Assembly (NCBI GenBank): GCA_965224085.1
Contig: CBDCYI010000004.1
Span: 1,472,001-1,536,000, forward strand
Direction of reading: 5' to 3'
Source: Candidatus Marinacidobacterales bacterium
Lineage (GTDB): Bacteria; Acidobacteriota; Vicinamibacteria; Marinacidobacterales; SMYC01
Length of the DNA stretch: 64,000 nt
Both the position numbers and the translations under genes were made by a program. Position 1 is the stretch's first letter, and each line of letters starts with the position of its first letter. The notes under the pieces were generated by a model. The model saw nothing but the letters and a program-made list of their open reading frames with translations, was not told where the DNA came from and ran no database searches. Shown here one piece after another: positions 10,134-20,341 of this stretch.

Positions 10134-11429
10134 TCAAGAGAAAACCTTCTTCGTAGGAATCATCGTCGATTCGCTTTTTGTTGTGGACGACCGCGAGGGG
10201 TCGTAAAGAGTTCTTTGTCGAAGCATCGCCATGGCGATGGGTAGAATGCGGTCCATGACGCCTCTGAGAGCTCTGGCATGGCTGTGGCCCGCGTCGCGAA
10301 GCCGATCGTAGTGCTTTTTAAAGTGTGGGTCGCGAAGCACGGCAGTGCTGGCCCAATGATGGAGAGCGTTATTGAGGGGCAAAGAGCGAGCTCTCCTCAT
10401 CAGGATAGTTGGTCGCAACTGACCGCGCTTGCCGCTTTTTTTCGTGACGGGTGCGATGCCGCTGAGAGTCCTGAAGGCTTTGAGATTTCGTAGCCGAATG
10501 GGGTCGTGGGCATAGCAGAGCACGGAGGCGAGCACGTAAGCACCGACGCCGGGCAAAGAGGCAAGAATGGCAGCGTCGGAGCACTGCTTGTCGTTTAGTG
10601 CTTGCAAGCGCTTGAACCACTTCTCGAGATGCTGGTCGGAGGCACGACGATGTTGTCGAACGAGGAGCAACTGCTGAAGGAGCAGTTCGAGATGCTCAGA
10701 AGTAGCTTTGGTGGTTGCATGCGCGACTCGGAGTGGTTTTTGATTGAGGGTATCGAGGATCTGCTCGGGTTTTACGCGTCGGATGCGGTGTTTTTTAACG
10801 AGCGTCTCGATGGTGTGGCGGCTAAGAGAGTTGGGGCTGGATTCGAAGAAGAGTTTTAGGAGCTCGCAGAAAAACGCGTCGAGAGCCTTATTCTTTGGCG
10901 CGAGCGAGACGAGGTGAGGCCAACAACGAGTAAGGAGTTCTCGGATCTGCGAGCTGAGGGCAACGTGGTTTTTGACAAGTTGGTCGCGGGTGCTCAACAG
11001 CCCGCGCATAGCAAGGATCTCCGGAGGTGGAAGTTGCAAGCGCTGAAAGCGGTGACCGTCGGTTCTGAGCGAATCGGCGAGAACGAAGGCGTCGCGCCGA
11101 TCATCCTTGGCGCCGCTCATAGAATGCCGGTCGCGGAAACGGTCGACCTGCTTGGGATTGATGGAGAAAATGGCGATGGCGTTGTCAAGAAAGAGCTCGA
11201 CGACGGCTCCATGAGGCTTTTCGATCGCCACTGCGATGCGCTCGGTGTCTTGCGTGGTCAGTTCCAGAAGCCAGCCGATCGTTTCTGAAAGTCCTTCGCG
11301 GCTATGAGGAAAGCCGCGCTCCCCCATAAATTGTCCCCTGGTATCGACCACGCTGGCCAAGTGAAGCCATTGGCCCAGGTCGACACCGACGAAGAAGTCG
11401 TAGTCGAGCTGATTCCTGGAAGAACTCAT
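10134..11429 (-). CDS. IS110-family DEDD recombinase/transposase
   Basis: 'FVGVDLG', 'IAVAIE', 'KDDRRDA', 'SLPGVG', 'SGIAPVTKKSGK'. Confidence 0.95.
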   Translation of the reverse strand: MSSSRNQLDYDFFVGVDLGQWLHLASVVDTRGQFMGERGFPHSREGLSETIGWLLELTTQDTERIAVAIEKPHGAVVELFLDNAIAIFSINPKQVDRFRDRHSMSGAKDDRRDAFVLADSLRTDGHRFQRLQLPPPEILAMRGLLSTRDQLVKNHVALSSQIRELLTRCWPHLVSLAPKNKALDAFFCELLKLFFESSPNSLSRHTIETLVKKHRIRRVKPEQILDTLNQKPLRVAHATTKATSEHLELLLQQLLLVRQHRRASDQHLEKWFKRLQALNDKQCSDAAILASLPGVGAYVLASVLCYAHDPIRLRNLKAFRTLSGIAPVTKKSGKRGQLRPTILMRRARSLPLNNALHHWASTAVLRDPHFKKHYDRLRDAGHSHARALRGVMDRILPIAMAMLRQRTLYDPSRSSTTKSESTMIPTKKVFS

Positions 11430-11439
11430 TGCCGTCAGC

Positions 11440-11600
11440 GCATGTGATGTTTCATCGGCCCCTGTACCGGCGCTCGAAGCGCAACTCCCCATTGGATGTC
11501 CATCACAAGAAAATTGCCGGCACGCGTGTCCATACCGGGCGCTCGGAGCGCAGGGCGAAGTATGGCGTTGCCGGCAAGCTGCTGACGAAATCGAAAATAG
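11440..11600 (-). ncRNA. Putative IS110 bridge RNA (target-binding and donor-binding loops)
   Basis: Two stems (11514-22/11569-77 and 11443-49/11501-07), each enclosing an internal loop and a GCGCT(C/T)CGAGCGC hairpin; loop sequences match the target and donor junctions. Confidence 0.8.
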
Positions 11601-11632
11601 TTCAAGCTCATCGTGAGATTTGCTCTACCACT

Positions 11633-13492
11633 GAGCTCTCGCCTTCGACGAGCTCCATACAGATGGATGCCGAGATCGTGGATGGTGATGATATTCGGGT
11701 GGTTGAGCGCGGCAGCCGCGCGGGCTTCCTGAAGAAGCTGATCGCGTGCGGTGGGATCGCGCGCGAGCTTGGACGAAAGCACTTTGTAAGCGAGCGGTCG
11801 GCTCAAGAGCCTATCGAACGCGCGATAAACTTCGCCCATCCCGCCTTTGCCGATTAGCCCGTCGAGATTGTAACGGTTGCCGTTGAGTGCACCCTCGTCG
11901 CTGCTGCTCTTACCCTCGACGAGCATCCCGTTAAAGGAGCTTTCTCGCTGCTTTTCTTCTTCGATTTTCTCGAGTAGTCGGGCGTGCCGTTGGTCGACAT
12001 CCGCATAATTGTAGGAGACGGCCATGATGTTTCGCAGAAGCTCCTCGGCACGCTTCAGCTCTCCGATATCTTCGAGAGCTTCCGCGAGCGGATCCCAGAG
12101 CGCGAGATTCTCCGCATCGACGTTTCGTCCCGCGAGCACGGCTTCGAGGCGCTCGACGGCCATCGAGCCCCAGCCGCGACGGATGAATGCGCGGGCGAGG
12201 ATGACGACGGCTTCGTTGTAGCGCGCGTCTTCCTTTGGCACCTGTTGGAGATATTGAAGCATCTCGCGTTCAGCATTTGCTTCGGAAGCTGCCTGCGCGG
12301 CTTCGTAGAAACGTTCGACCAGCGCGAAAAGAACGGCGGCTTTGTCGAAGACGCCGAGCTTGAGATAGAGCTCGGCCGCCCGCTCGCGTTCGCCCGCGCG
12401 CTCGAAATAGAGAGCGGCCTTGTTGTCGAGACCCGCGCGTGCCGCCGCCTCCGCGGCCAGCGGCCACGCTTCCACCGCCTCCCAACATTCAGTGGCACGT
12501 TCGAACCGTCCGCTCCGATCGAAGAGCTCCGCCGCCGCCATGGTATCGCCGGAGCGCATGAGGGCGTCCCCCGCAGCCTCCTCGTTGCCGTCGTCGAGGT
12601 GATACTCGGCTTCGAGCTTCGCCGCACGCAGGTCGTCGCCCGCACGGGCGTACATTTTCGCGGCCTTTTTATTGTTCTTTACTTCTTGATAGAGCTCGGC
12701 CGCCCGGGCGAACCGCTCTAGTTGCTCGCACAGCTTAGCTGCTTGTTCGTAGCGTTCGGCCCGCACGAGCACCTCGACCGCTTCGTCTTTCTGCTCGGCC
12801 TTTTCGAAGAAGTGGGCCGCCCCACGGGCCGCCGTGTCGAGCTCGGTGCGTTGTTGTGGCGGGAGGTAGCCATCACGTGTGAGCTCCGCGACCCGAGCCG
12901 CATAGAGTGCTGCGGCCCGGGTGAAGTCTCCGACCTTCGCGTAGGAGGCGGCGGCCTCGCGGATACGCCCGCTTTTCTCGTAAATCTCGCCGGCCGTCAG
13001 GAAATCGCCATGTCTCTGATAGCACTCGGCGGCTTTGAGGAAGAGCCCTACTTTCGCAAAGAGCTCGCCCGCGAGCGCGAGCTCGCCGATCTCTTCGAGG
13101 AGCCCGGCGGCTTGCTGCGATTTACCTTCGTTTTCATAGAGGTCGGCGCCCCGACGCACTTCACCGGCGTCGACGAAAGCAGCGGCCGCATCGACGTTAT
13201 GTCCGGCTTCGAGGAAAGCAAGGGCAGCCTTCTGGTCCTCTCCCAGCTTCCGATAGAGGCTCGCTGCTTGATCCGGCTAGCGCGCCCGCATGTAGTGGGA
13301 CGCCGCAAGGTCTTCGCGGTTCAACTCGAGGGCCAGCTCGGCGCACTTCGCGTACTCGTCGGCTTTCTCGTAGTAGTCGATGGCGAAATAGAGCTCGCCG
13401 AGCTCTTCGTAGAGCTCACCCGCCCGCACGAAATCGCCGGATTTGACGGCTTTTTCAGCGAGTGTTCTCGGGTTCTTGCGAAGCAGCGGCAT
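11633..13492 (-). pseudogene. TPR/SNAP-like repeat protein with C-terminal Ser/Thr kinase, frameshifted and truncated
   Basis: 'AAELYE/AAECY' repeats; 'LIGKGGMGEVYRAFD', 'EARAAAALNHPNII', off-frame 'ICMELVEGES', then IS110 left end. Confidence 0.85.
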
Positions 13493-13497
13493 TTTTC

Positions 13498-13529
13498 CAG
13501 CATTCGGCATTCAGCATTCAGCATTTAGC
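13498..13529 (+). repeat. Imperfect 7-bp tandem repeat (CATTCAG-like) x4
   Basis: cag cattcgg cattcag cattcag catttag. Confidence 0.7.
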
Positions 13530-13622
13530 TGGATGCAGAAAACCGCCTCAAATTGTTGGTGGAATCCCTACTAATATGGTAGCAAACTCGGGTGCACGGA
13601 TTGACGGGACAAAACTCTACTG

Positions 13623-16600
13623 CTAAAACAAAGGCAGCTGCGAGCCGGGCTTACGTCCGTCGAGCCGAACCGTCTCGGGCTCGTGGCCCTCGCGAATCAC
13701 CCACCCCTCGACGTCTCGCCCCGGGAACGCGGCGGCCGCCGCACGAAGCTTTGGCTCGACGTCGCGTGCGGAGAGAGCGAGCACCGTCACACGATGGCGT
13801 CCCGCAATCAAGCATCCGATGCTGCCTCGGCTTACATGACGCCCGTGAACGATCGAGAACGGGACGCCGTAGTACATGCGCCCCGTCGCCGAGAGCGCCG
13901 CGACATCCTCTCGCTCGAGTAGCTCACGATACGACGCGACATCTTCGTCGGCTATTTCCACAACCGCCGCAGCTTCGGCAGTTTCCAAGGACCCCAGGCG
14001 GAGCTCACGGGCGCGTTCGGGACGTTCTTCGTGATAGGTCCGCTCGCTCGGCCGCAGCACCCGGAGGCGGTGCGCCCCCCAGGGTATTTCGCGCTCATCT
14101 GTGTCGAGGGCCTGGTGCAGCGCATCGCGAAAGCTCTCCGGGAGGAGACGCACGAAACTCTGATCGGTTTGCGCTTCGTCGCCGAGAACCGTCGATAGCA
14201 CCAAGTTGCGGCGCGCGCGCGTCAGGGCTACATATAAGAGTCGCTTCTCTTCTTCCTCGACTCGGTTCGGGAGATCTTCCGCGGGCTCCGTCGCGGCGAG
14301 CGCGCTCACTTCGACCCGTCCATCGGGAAGCTCGCGGATGCGCGGCAGCGACGTGTCTTGGCGTGTGCGCTGATGCATGTTGACGAGAAAGACGGAATCG
14401 AACTCGAGCCCTTTCGCCGCATGCACCGTCATGAGGTTCACCGCGTCGACGGCTTCGAGCACGGCGGGCGATTCCTCCTCCGTCGAGGCGCTCGCGAGGT
14501 AGTCTGCGAGGCGCGATAGCGTGAGATAGCCGCGGTTCTCCGCGCGCCGGACCATTCCCAACACTTTCTTGAGATTCTCCCAGCTCTGCTCGTCGTCGCG
14601 GAACCACGCGGCGTAGTCAGCGTCGTCGAGAATGTACGTGAGTAGATCCGCGGGCGGCATGCGGTCGACGAGCGCGACCCACCGCGGGACGCACGCGCTC
14701 GCGCGAAGGACGGCGTTGCGGTCGTCCTCGGTTAGCGGAAGCGATGTGTCGAGCGCCGCCCCTGAAAGCCACCGAGCGATCGAAGCCTTCCGGCCTGCGG
14801 CAACGCGCACCAACCCGTCGTCGGAGATCCCGATGAAGCGTGAGCGCGCGAGCTCGGCCGCGCGGAGCTCCGAAGCGGGCTCCGCCAGGTAGCGGACGAG
14901 GGCGGCGATATCGCGCACTTCGGCAGAATCGAAGAAGCCGAGCCCGCGATAGATGTAGGCTGGGACGCCTCTCGCGACGAGCGCCTCCTGGTAGATGCGG
15001 TACGAGGAGCGGCTTCGAAACAAAATGGCGATGTCCTTCGGCCGCCGGCCTTCCTCGGTGAGTACGCGCACGATTTCGCCGGCGACGGCGCTCGCCACAC
15101 CCGGAAGATCCGCCGCGACAGCAAGCGCTATGGGGCGCTTCGCGCTATCGAGCTTCGCGACAGGGAAGTGGTCGCCCTCGTGATATTGGAACGACCAATC
15201 GAGATCGCCGCGGACTTTGGGGACCTCGTCGAACAAATCGTTTAGAAAAGACAAGAGCTCTCCGTCGGCGCGGAAGCTCGTTCGAAGCGTCAGTCGTTGT
15301 CCGCCCCGGTGGCGGATCTTGAGCAGATGGCGCGAAGCTTTCTCCAGGACTTCCACGCGCGCGTCGCGCCATCCATAGATGGACTGTTTTCGGTCTCCCA
15401 CGATGAAGAGACTCGGCTCGCTTATCCGGCCGGTGCCCTCTCCTTCGGCTTGCTCCGACAAAATGGCTTCTTGCACGAGACCCTGACCTTCGCCCCAGCT
15501 CTCGATGAGCGCTTTCACGAGCCGCCACTGCACTTCGTTCGTATCTTGGAACTCGTCGATGAGAAGGTGGTGGTAGCGCGATTCGAGACGGAAGCGGCTC
15601 TGCGCGAACTCGCCGCGGTTCTCGAGAAGAGCGACCGCGTGGGTGAGCACGTCGCTGAAATCGATGCCGGCGCGCGCGCCTTTGAGCTCGGCGAAGCGCT
15701 TCGACGCAGCGTCATAGAGCTCGAAGAGCTCACGGATCGCGTAGAAGTCTTTCTCGCGCAACCAAGCTTTGTAAGTGCGCGCGACCAAAGGCGCGAGCCC
15801 TAGTACGCGGTCGCGGTGTGTTTCATAGTCTTCTACCCGCGCGAAACTGTTTTTAGCAACGAGCTTCGAGAGGCGGCGCCGCGGCTCTTTGTTCTGTGTC
15901 AAGAAATAGGCAGCGATCTCCTCGACATCTGCGCTTCCAATCGTGTCCGCATCGATGGCGCGGCGAAGGGCGAAGCCGAGCGCTTTCAACGCGAGTGCGT
16001 CCGGAGGCCCCGTGCCCAAGAACTGCTCCACACCCTCGGCGCCACGAAAAGCACTCCCGAGGCTCTTCGAAACGCGCTTCAAACTCGCGGTGAGGCTCAC
16101 CGATTTTGGGACGACGCGGCGCACGTAACGCGCGAGTATCTCCTCTTTCACAAGGCGGCTCGTCAGAAAATCGCGCATGCCTCGCCGGAGAGTGCCTTCG
16201 TCGAAGCGCGCGATGAGAAAGCGCAGGTCGACATTCGAGCCCCAGAGCACCTCCGCCATGACCTGGTCGATCGACTCTTCGAGCAAGCGTTGATTGTCCA
16301 CTTCGTCGATGAGCGCGATGTCAGGGTCGAGCCCTGCTTCGAGAGGAAACTCCCGCAAGAGCCCGAGACAAAACGCGTCGATGGTCGTGATGTGGATCTC
16401 GAAAAGACGGGTTCGAATGTCTTTCCAGAGATTGGGTCGTTTGCGGAGCTCTTCGATGATCCGGCCGCGCATCTCGCCCGCGGCCTTACGCGTGAAGGTG
16501 ATCGCGAGGACGTGTCTCGGGCTCGCGCCCCCTTCGATGAGATGGATGTAGCGCTCCACGAGCACGCGGGTCTTGCCCGTGCCGGCGGAAGCTTCGAGCG

Positions 16601-16670
16601 CGACGTTCAGGGTCGGATCCGAGGCGAGTTCGCGCGCGCGCCGATCGACAAAGCTGACGTCGCCCCTCAC
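13623..16670 (-). CDS. addA: AddA-type UvrD helicase (C-terminal nuclease degenerate)
   Basis: 'EASAGTGKT', 'ITFTRKAA', 'IDEFQDT', 'VGDRKQSIYGWR', 'TVHAAKGLEF', 'LLYVALTRAR'; GTGA overlap with addB. Confidence 0.9.
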   Translation of the reverse strand: MRGDVSFVDRRARELASDPTLNVALEASAGTGKTRVLVERYIHLIEGGASPRHVLAITFTRKAAGEMRGRIIEELRKRPNLWKDIRTRLFEIHITTIDAFCLGLLREFPLEAGLDPDIALIDEVDNQRLLEESIDQVMAEVLWGSNVDLRFLIARFDEGTLRRGMRDFLTSRLVKEEILARYVRRVVPKSVSLTASLKRVSKSLGSAFRGAEGVEQFLGTGPPDALALKALGFALRRAIDADTIGSADVEEIAAYFLTQNKEPRRRLSKLVAKNSFARVEDYETHRDRVLGLAPLVARTYKAWLREKDFYAIRELFELYDAASKRFAELKGARAGIDFSDVLTHAVALLENRGEFAQSRFRLESRYHHLLIDEFQDTNEVQWRLVKALIESWGEGQGLVQEAILSEQAEGEGTGRISEPSLFIVGDRKQSIYGWRDARVEVLEKASRHLLKIRHRGGQRLTLRTSFRADGELLSFLNDLFDEVPKVRGDLDWSFQYHEGDHFPVAKLDSAKRPIALAVAADLPGVASAVAGEIVRVLTEEGRRPKDIAILFRSRSSYRIYQEALVARGVPAYIYRGLGFFDSAEVRDIAALVRYLAEPASELRAAELARSRFIGISDDGLVRVAAGRKASIARWLSGAALDTSLPLTEDDRNAVLRASACVPRWVALVDRMPPADLLTYILDDADYAAWFRDDEQSWENLKKVLGMVRRAENRGYLTLSRLADYLASASTEEESPAVLEAVDAVNLMTVHAAKGLEFDSVFLVNMHQRTRQDTSLPRIRELPDGRVEVSALAATEPAEDLPNRVEEEEKRLLYVALTRARRNLVLSTVLGDEAQTDQSFVRLLPESFRDALHQALDTDEREIPWGAHRLRVLRPSERTYHEERPERARELRLGSLETAEAAAVVEIADEDVASYRELLEREDVAALSATGRMYYGVPFSIVHGRHVSRGSIGCLIAGRHRVTVLALSARDVEPKLRAAAAAFPGRDVEGWVIREGHEPETVRLDGRKPGSQLPLF

Positions 16671-19501
16671 GCGTCCTCCTGGATTTCTTTGCGACACACG
16701 CCGACGAAGCCACAGCTCGAGCAGAACGTGTCCCGGTGCGGCTTGGGCGCGAAACGGCCGTTCTGGATTGCGTCGAAGGTCTCGACGAGAAGCGCGCTCA
16801 CTTTCTGGTAATCCGCGCGCGCCGTTGATCGGCGGTCGCGGAAGCTGAGATAGGCGGATTCTTCGATGGGCGTGCCTAGATCTTGCGAAAGGCACATGGC
16901 GTAGAGCGGCACTTGGAGCGTCACCGATTTTTTCGGCGCACGGCCGCTCTTGTAGTCGTAAACATGCAGGCGCCCGGAAGTGTCCACGTCGGCGCGATCG
17001 ACCCGGCCTTTGATCCGTACGAACCACGGTTTTTCACCGCCGGGTCCTTCGGTCAAGCGGAGCGGGGTTTGAAACGGATGCTCGAGCAGCCGCTGCCGGA
17101 GCGGGCCGCGCGCCATCTCTCGGCGCAACAACCATTCGAGAGCCCCGGGTTCGCCGGGACCTCCGAACAAACGGCGGAGCTCCACGCGTCGATGTTCGGG
17201 CGGGATCTTCTTTGCCGCTATGTTTCGAAAAAGAGTGAGCGCGTCGTCATAGGTCTCGGGCTCGACGGGGCGGGGCTCGGCACGGCCTGCGTCCCATTCC
17301 TTGAAGCCTTCGTGCAAGAGATCGTGCAAGATGCGCCCACGCTCGAGCGGCGTCAGCATGGCTTCGACGTCTTCTTCTTCCGTGAGGCCGAGAAGATAGC
17401 GAGAGAAATACTTGAAGGGGCAACGGAGATAGAGCTCGAGCGCCGTCGGCGACACGGGGTCCGGGACCGCTCGCTCTGAGCCGACGATTCCGGACCGGTG
17501 CTTGGCCGGAAGCGGTGAGGACGGCTCGACGAGACCTCGGCGGAGTGCTTCGCTCTTCGTGACGACGAGCTCGCAAACGGCCTCGGCGTCATCCATAGGA
17601 GCTGGCTCGTGATCTTCGAGCCAGCTTTCGACTTCTTCGAGAAACGGCGACGCGACGGTGGGGATCTCGTCTTCGAGCTGGTGGCGAATGAGCACGAGAT
17701 GCTCTCGGCCCAAATCGAGAAGCTCTTGGAACCGACTTCGCTCCTGCGTCAAAAGCTTGCGATCCGACGGCCAGCCGAAATCGCGCAGGAGCCATTGTGG
17801 GAAGAAAATGTTGCGCTCGGCGCGCGCGGGCCACTCGCCTTCGTTGATACCGAGCAGAATTACGAGATCGAAAGCGCCGAACCCTGCGGAGCGGGCGTCG
17901 ACCACCGTTACGCCACCCGAGCCCGTCCGGAGAGCGAAGGTGTGTGCCTCCACCGCGCGGCGAAATTTTTCGCGGAAGGTGCGGAAGTCGATGGAAGGGT
18001 CGCCGACATGCAAAGCCGCCCCTTCCAAGCGTTCGAGGATCGCATCGACGGCGGCGCGGGCTCTTTGGTGACGCTCGTCCAGAATTGTGCGGGTGAAGGT
18101 TTTGAGAAAATCGCGTAGGCACCGGATTTTGTCGCCGAGCGAGCTCTCGGTCTCGAGCTCGGCGAGCGCTCTTCCCGTTTCCAGGATGGCGGCGAGTGGT
18201 GCCAGCACGCGCCGCGGCGCATCGCCCGTCTCCATTCCGGGGAGGCTCGGTTGCGCCGGTGGCCGGCTCTTCCGTCTCCAAAGCCTCTGCCAACGCTCGA
18301 GCCCGCCAGGCTCTTGATAGCGTAGCGTGAGCTCGTCAAGAGCCGCGACCTCGGATGGGCCGACGCCTTTGAAGACGAAAAACGGACTGCGTAAGAGCGC
18401 GAGGGCTTCGTTGCGATGCGCGTCGGTCGCGACCAGCTCGATAGCAAGATCGACCGCGGCCATGTATGGCTCGGTGGCGAGCGGAAAGCTGTCCTGGAGC
18501 TCGAACGGAATGCCGCCTTCGCCGAGAACTTTCTTCGCGAGGTAGAGATAGGGGAGCGGTCGCGGCACCACGATGGCGATGCGATCGAGAGGCGGCAGGT
18601 CGTCGTTGTCTTCAAGGTGTTTCATGAACCGCACAGCGTCGACGAGCGACTCCTCCCGGTCGCGCGCAACGTGCACCGCTGGATTCAAAAGCTTCGGAGG
18701 CGTCGCGCGCGCCTCTTCGTCCACGTGGAGGTCGGGTGCGGCCTCCGCGAGTGAGGCGGGAAGCGCAGAAACTTTGTCCACGGCCACTACGCTCAGTGTT
18801 TCGAGGCCCCGGGCTTTCGTCAGAAAATCGAGGTCGGCGGGAGCGAGTGTCTCCGAGCCGAGGACGAGGGCGCGCTCGTAGGGAAACGGCTCTCTCGAAA
18901 GAGCGCGGCGGACCGAAGGTGGATCGTGGAGATCGAGGCGTTCGAGCGCCGCGCGATAGGCTTGGAGCGACGTTTCGAGAAAGCGCGTCTGTGCGGCCAT
19001 CCTGGCGGCGCCCAGATCGTCAGGTGCCTCGAGCTCTTCGATCGCGCGCTTGGTGAAGTCTTCGAGCTCGGCACGATTTTGAAGAAGCTCGTCGTAGAAC
19101 TCCAGCACGCGCGGCGCAAGCCCAGCGCGCACTTTGAACGGCGGCGGGCTCCCGGACTTCGCGGCCTTTTGAAAGCCCTCTTCGAGAAGGGCCTCTCGAA
19201 GAAGTGGGTCCGCGAGGCGAACTCTGCCTTGGCTGCGCTCTGTGAGGTTTTCGAACAAAGAGCCCGGCGTCCTGATGACAGGAAGAAACACGACTTCGCA
19301 TTTCGTCGAGAGGTCGCGCTCGAGCTGGTTTCTATACAGATGCGCGGCGGCGGCCGTCGGGACGAGGACGACGGTACGACTCAGCGCGAGGGGGTCCCGC
19401 TCCGCTTGCTTTTTGAGCGTGCCGCTCGCAAAGGCGCTCACGCCGCGCCAACCGCGGCAGAGCACGAGCGCTGGTTTCGGCATCCGACCCATTCTATCCA
19501 C
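16667..19501 (-). CDS. addB: AddB-type PD-(D/E)XK nuclease with Fe-S cysteines
   Basis: 'LRCPFKYF', 'KGRVDRAD..VYDYKSG', 'LQVPLY', 'CSSCGFVGVCR'. Confidence 0.85.
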   Translation of the reverse strand: MDRMGRMPKPALVLCRGWRGVSAFASGTLKKQAERDPLALSRTVVLVPTAAAAHLYRNQLERDLSTKCEVVFLPVIRTPGSLFENLTERSQGRVRLADPLLREALLEEGFQKAAKSGSPPPFKVRAGLAPRVLEFYDELLQNRAELEDFTKRAIEELEAPDDLGAARMAAQTRFLETSLQAYRAALERLDLHDPPSVRRALSREPFPYERALVLGSETLAPADLDFLTKARGLETLSVVAVDKVSALPASLAEAAPDLHVDEEARATPPKLLNPAVHVARDREESLVDAVRFMKHLEDNDDLPPLDRIAIVVPRPLPYLYLAKKVLGEGGIPFELQDSFPLATEPYMAAVDLAIELVATDAHRNEALALLRSPFFVFKGVGPSEVAALDELTLRYQEPGGLERWQRLWRRKSRPPAQPSLPGMETGDAPRRVLAPLAAILETGRALAELETESSLGDKIRCLRDFLKTFTRTILDERHQRARAAVDAILERLEGAALHVGDPSIDFRTFREKFRRAVEAHTFALRTGSGGVTVVDARSAGFGAFDLVILLGINEGEWPARAERNIFFPQWLLRDFGWPSDRKLLTQERSRFQELLDLGREHLVLIRHQLEDEIPTVASPFLEEVESWLEDHEPAPMDDAEAVCELVVTKSEALRRGLVEPSSPLPAKHRSGIVGSERAVPDPVSPTALELYLRCPFKYFSRYLLGLTEEEDVEAMLTPLERGRILHDLLHEGFKEWDAGRAEPRPVEPETYDDALTLFRNIAAKKIPPEHRRVELRRLFGGPGEPGALEWLLRREMARGPLRQRLLEHPFQTPLRLTEGPGGEKPWFVRIKGRVDRADVDTSGRLHVYDYKSGRAPKKSVTLQVPLYAMCLSQDLGTPIEESAYLSFRDRRSTARADYQKVSALLVETFDAIQNGRFAPKPHRDTFCSSCGFVGVCRKEIQEDA

Positions 19502-19642
19502 TCGCGTGCCGGTCTATCCAAAGGGATAGGCCGGGGACGGCCAAAAAATCGTCGACACCTTTTGTTCTCTTTAGTTTAGGTGGGCAGCGGCCGTGGAACG
19601 TCCCTTGCACAGGTGAAGGAAGAGCACACAAGGAGGCATGCC

Positions 19643-20341
19643 ATGGCGACGACGACGACCACCATAACGGCAACCCCGGATGACATGACACGAGACCTCG
19701 GGAGCCTTCTCTCTAGCCTCGAAAAACGGTGCCTCGTGTGGCTTGCGCGCCGGATGCCCCGGCGAGTCAACTCGGACCACCTGACGGCACTAGGCTTATT
19801 GGGCATGCTCGGCGCCGGGCTTTCGTTCTGGGCCGCCACTGAGCATGACCGGCCTCTTTGGCTCGCCGGGGTGGTCCTTTGTCTCTTTCTGAACTGGTTT
19901 GGCGATAGCCTCGACGGTACGCTCGCGCGAGTTCGTCACGCACAGCGTCCCAAATTTAGCTATTATGTAGACCATGTCGTCGACGTGTTCGGCGCGTTCT
20001 TCTTGATTGGCGGCCTCGGCCTATCCGGCTACATGAGCCTCTCCATTGCGGCGGCGCTCATGGTCGTCTACTTGATGGTCGCCTCGGAGATCTACCTCGC
20101 GGCCTACGCTGTGGGAACTTTTCGGATCCACTTCATGCGGCTCGGCCCGACCGAGCTTCGGATCCTTTTCGCGGTTGGAACACTCTATTTGTTGCACAAC
20201 CCGTACGTGGTGGTGATGGGAACGGAGCACTTGCTCTTCGATGTCGGCGGCGTCTGCGCGAGCGTCGGCCTTTTGGTCACCCTGCTCGTGACCGTCGCGC
20301 GCAACACGCGCATCCTCTACCTTCGGGAGCCGCTTCCATAA
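19643..20341 (+). CDS. CDP-alcohol phosphatidyltransferase
   Basis: 'GDSLDGTLARVR...YYVDHVVD'. Confidence 0.92.
   Translation: MATTTTTITATPDDMTRDLGSLLSSLEKRCLVWLARRMPRRVNSDHLTALGLLGMLGAGLSFWAATEHDRPLWLAGVVLCLFLNWFGDSLDGTLARVRHAQRPKFSYYVDHVVDVFGAFFLIGGLGLSGYMSLSIAAALMVVYLMVASEIYLAAYAVGTFRIHFMRLGPTELRILFAVGTLYLLHNPYVVVMGTEHLLFDVGGVCASVGLLVTLLVTVARNTRILYLREPLP

Larger units (their letters stand above)
10119..11632 (-). mobile_element. IS110-family element (short right end, long left end; left tip unclear)
   Basis: Transposase plus about 200 nt of upstream non-coding DNA; right junction at kinase GGTATGG|ACTCCCCA. Confidence 0.85.

Noticed and set aside
11621-11637. Minus-strand AGCTCAGTGGTAGAGCA resembles a tRNA D-arm at the IS110 left end
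   Set aside because: The rest of the cloverleaf is absent, and the bridge guides point to kinase codons rather than tRNA.
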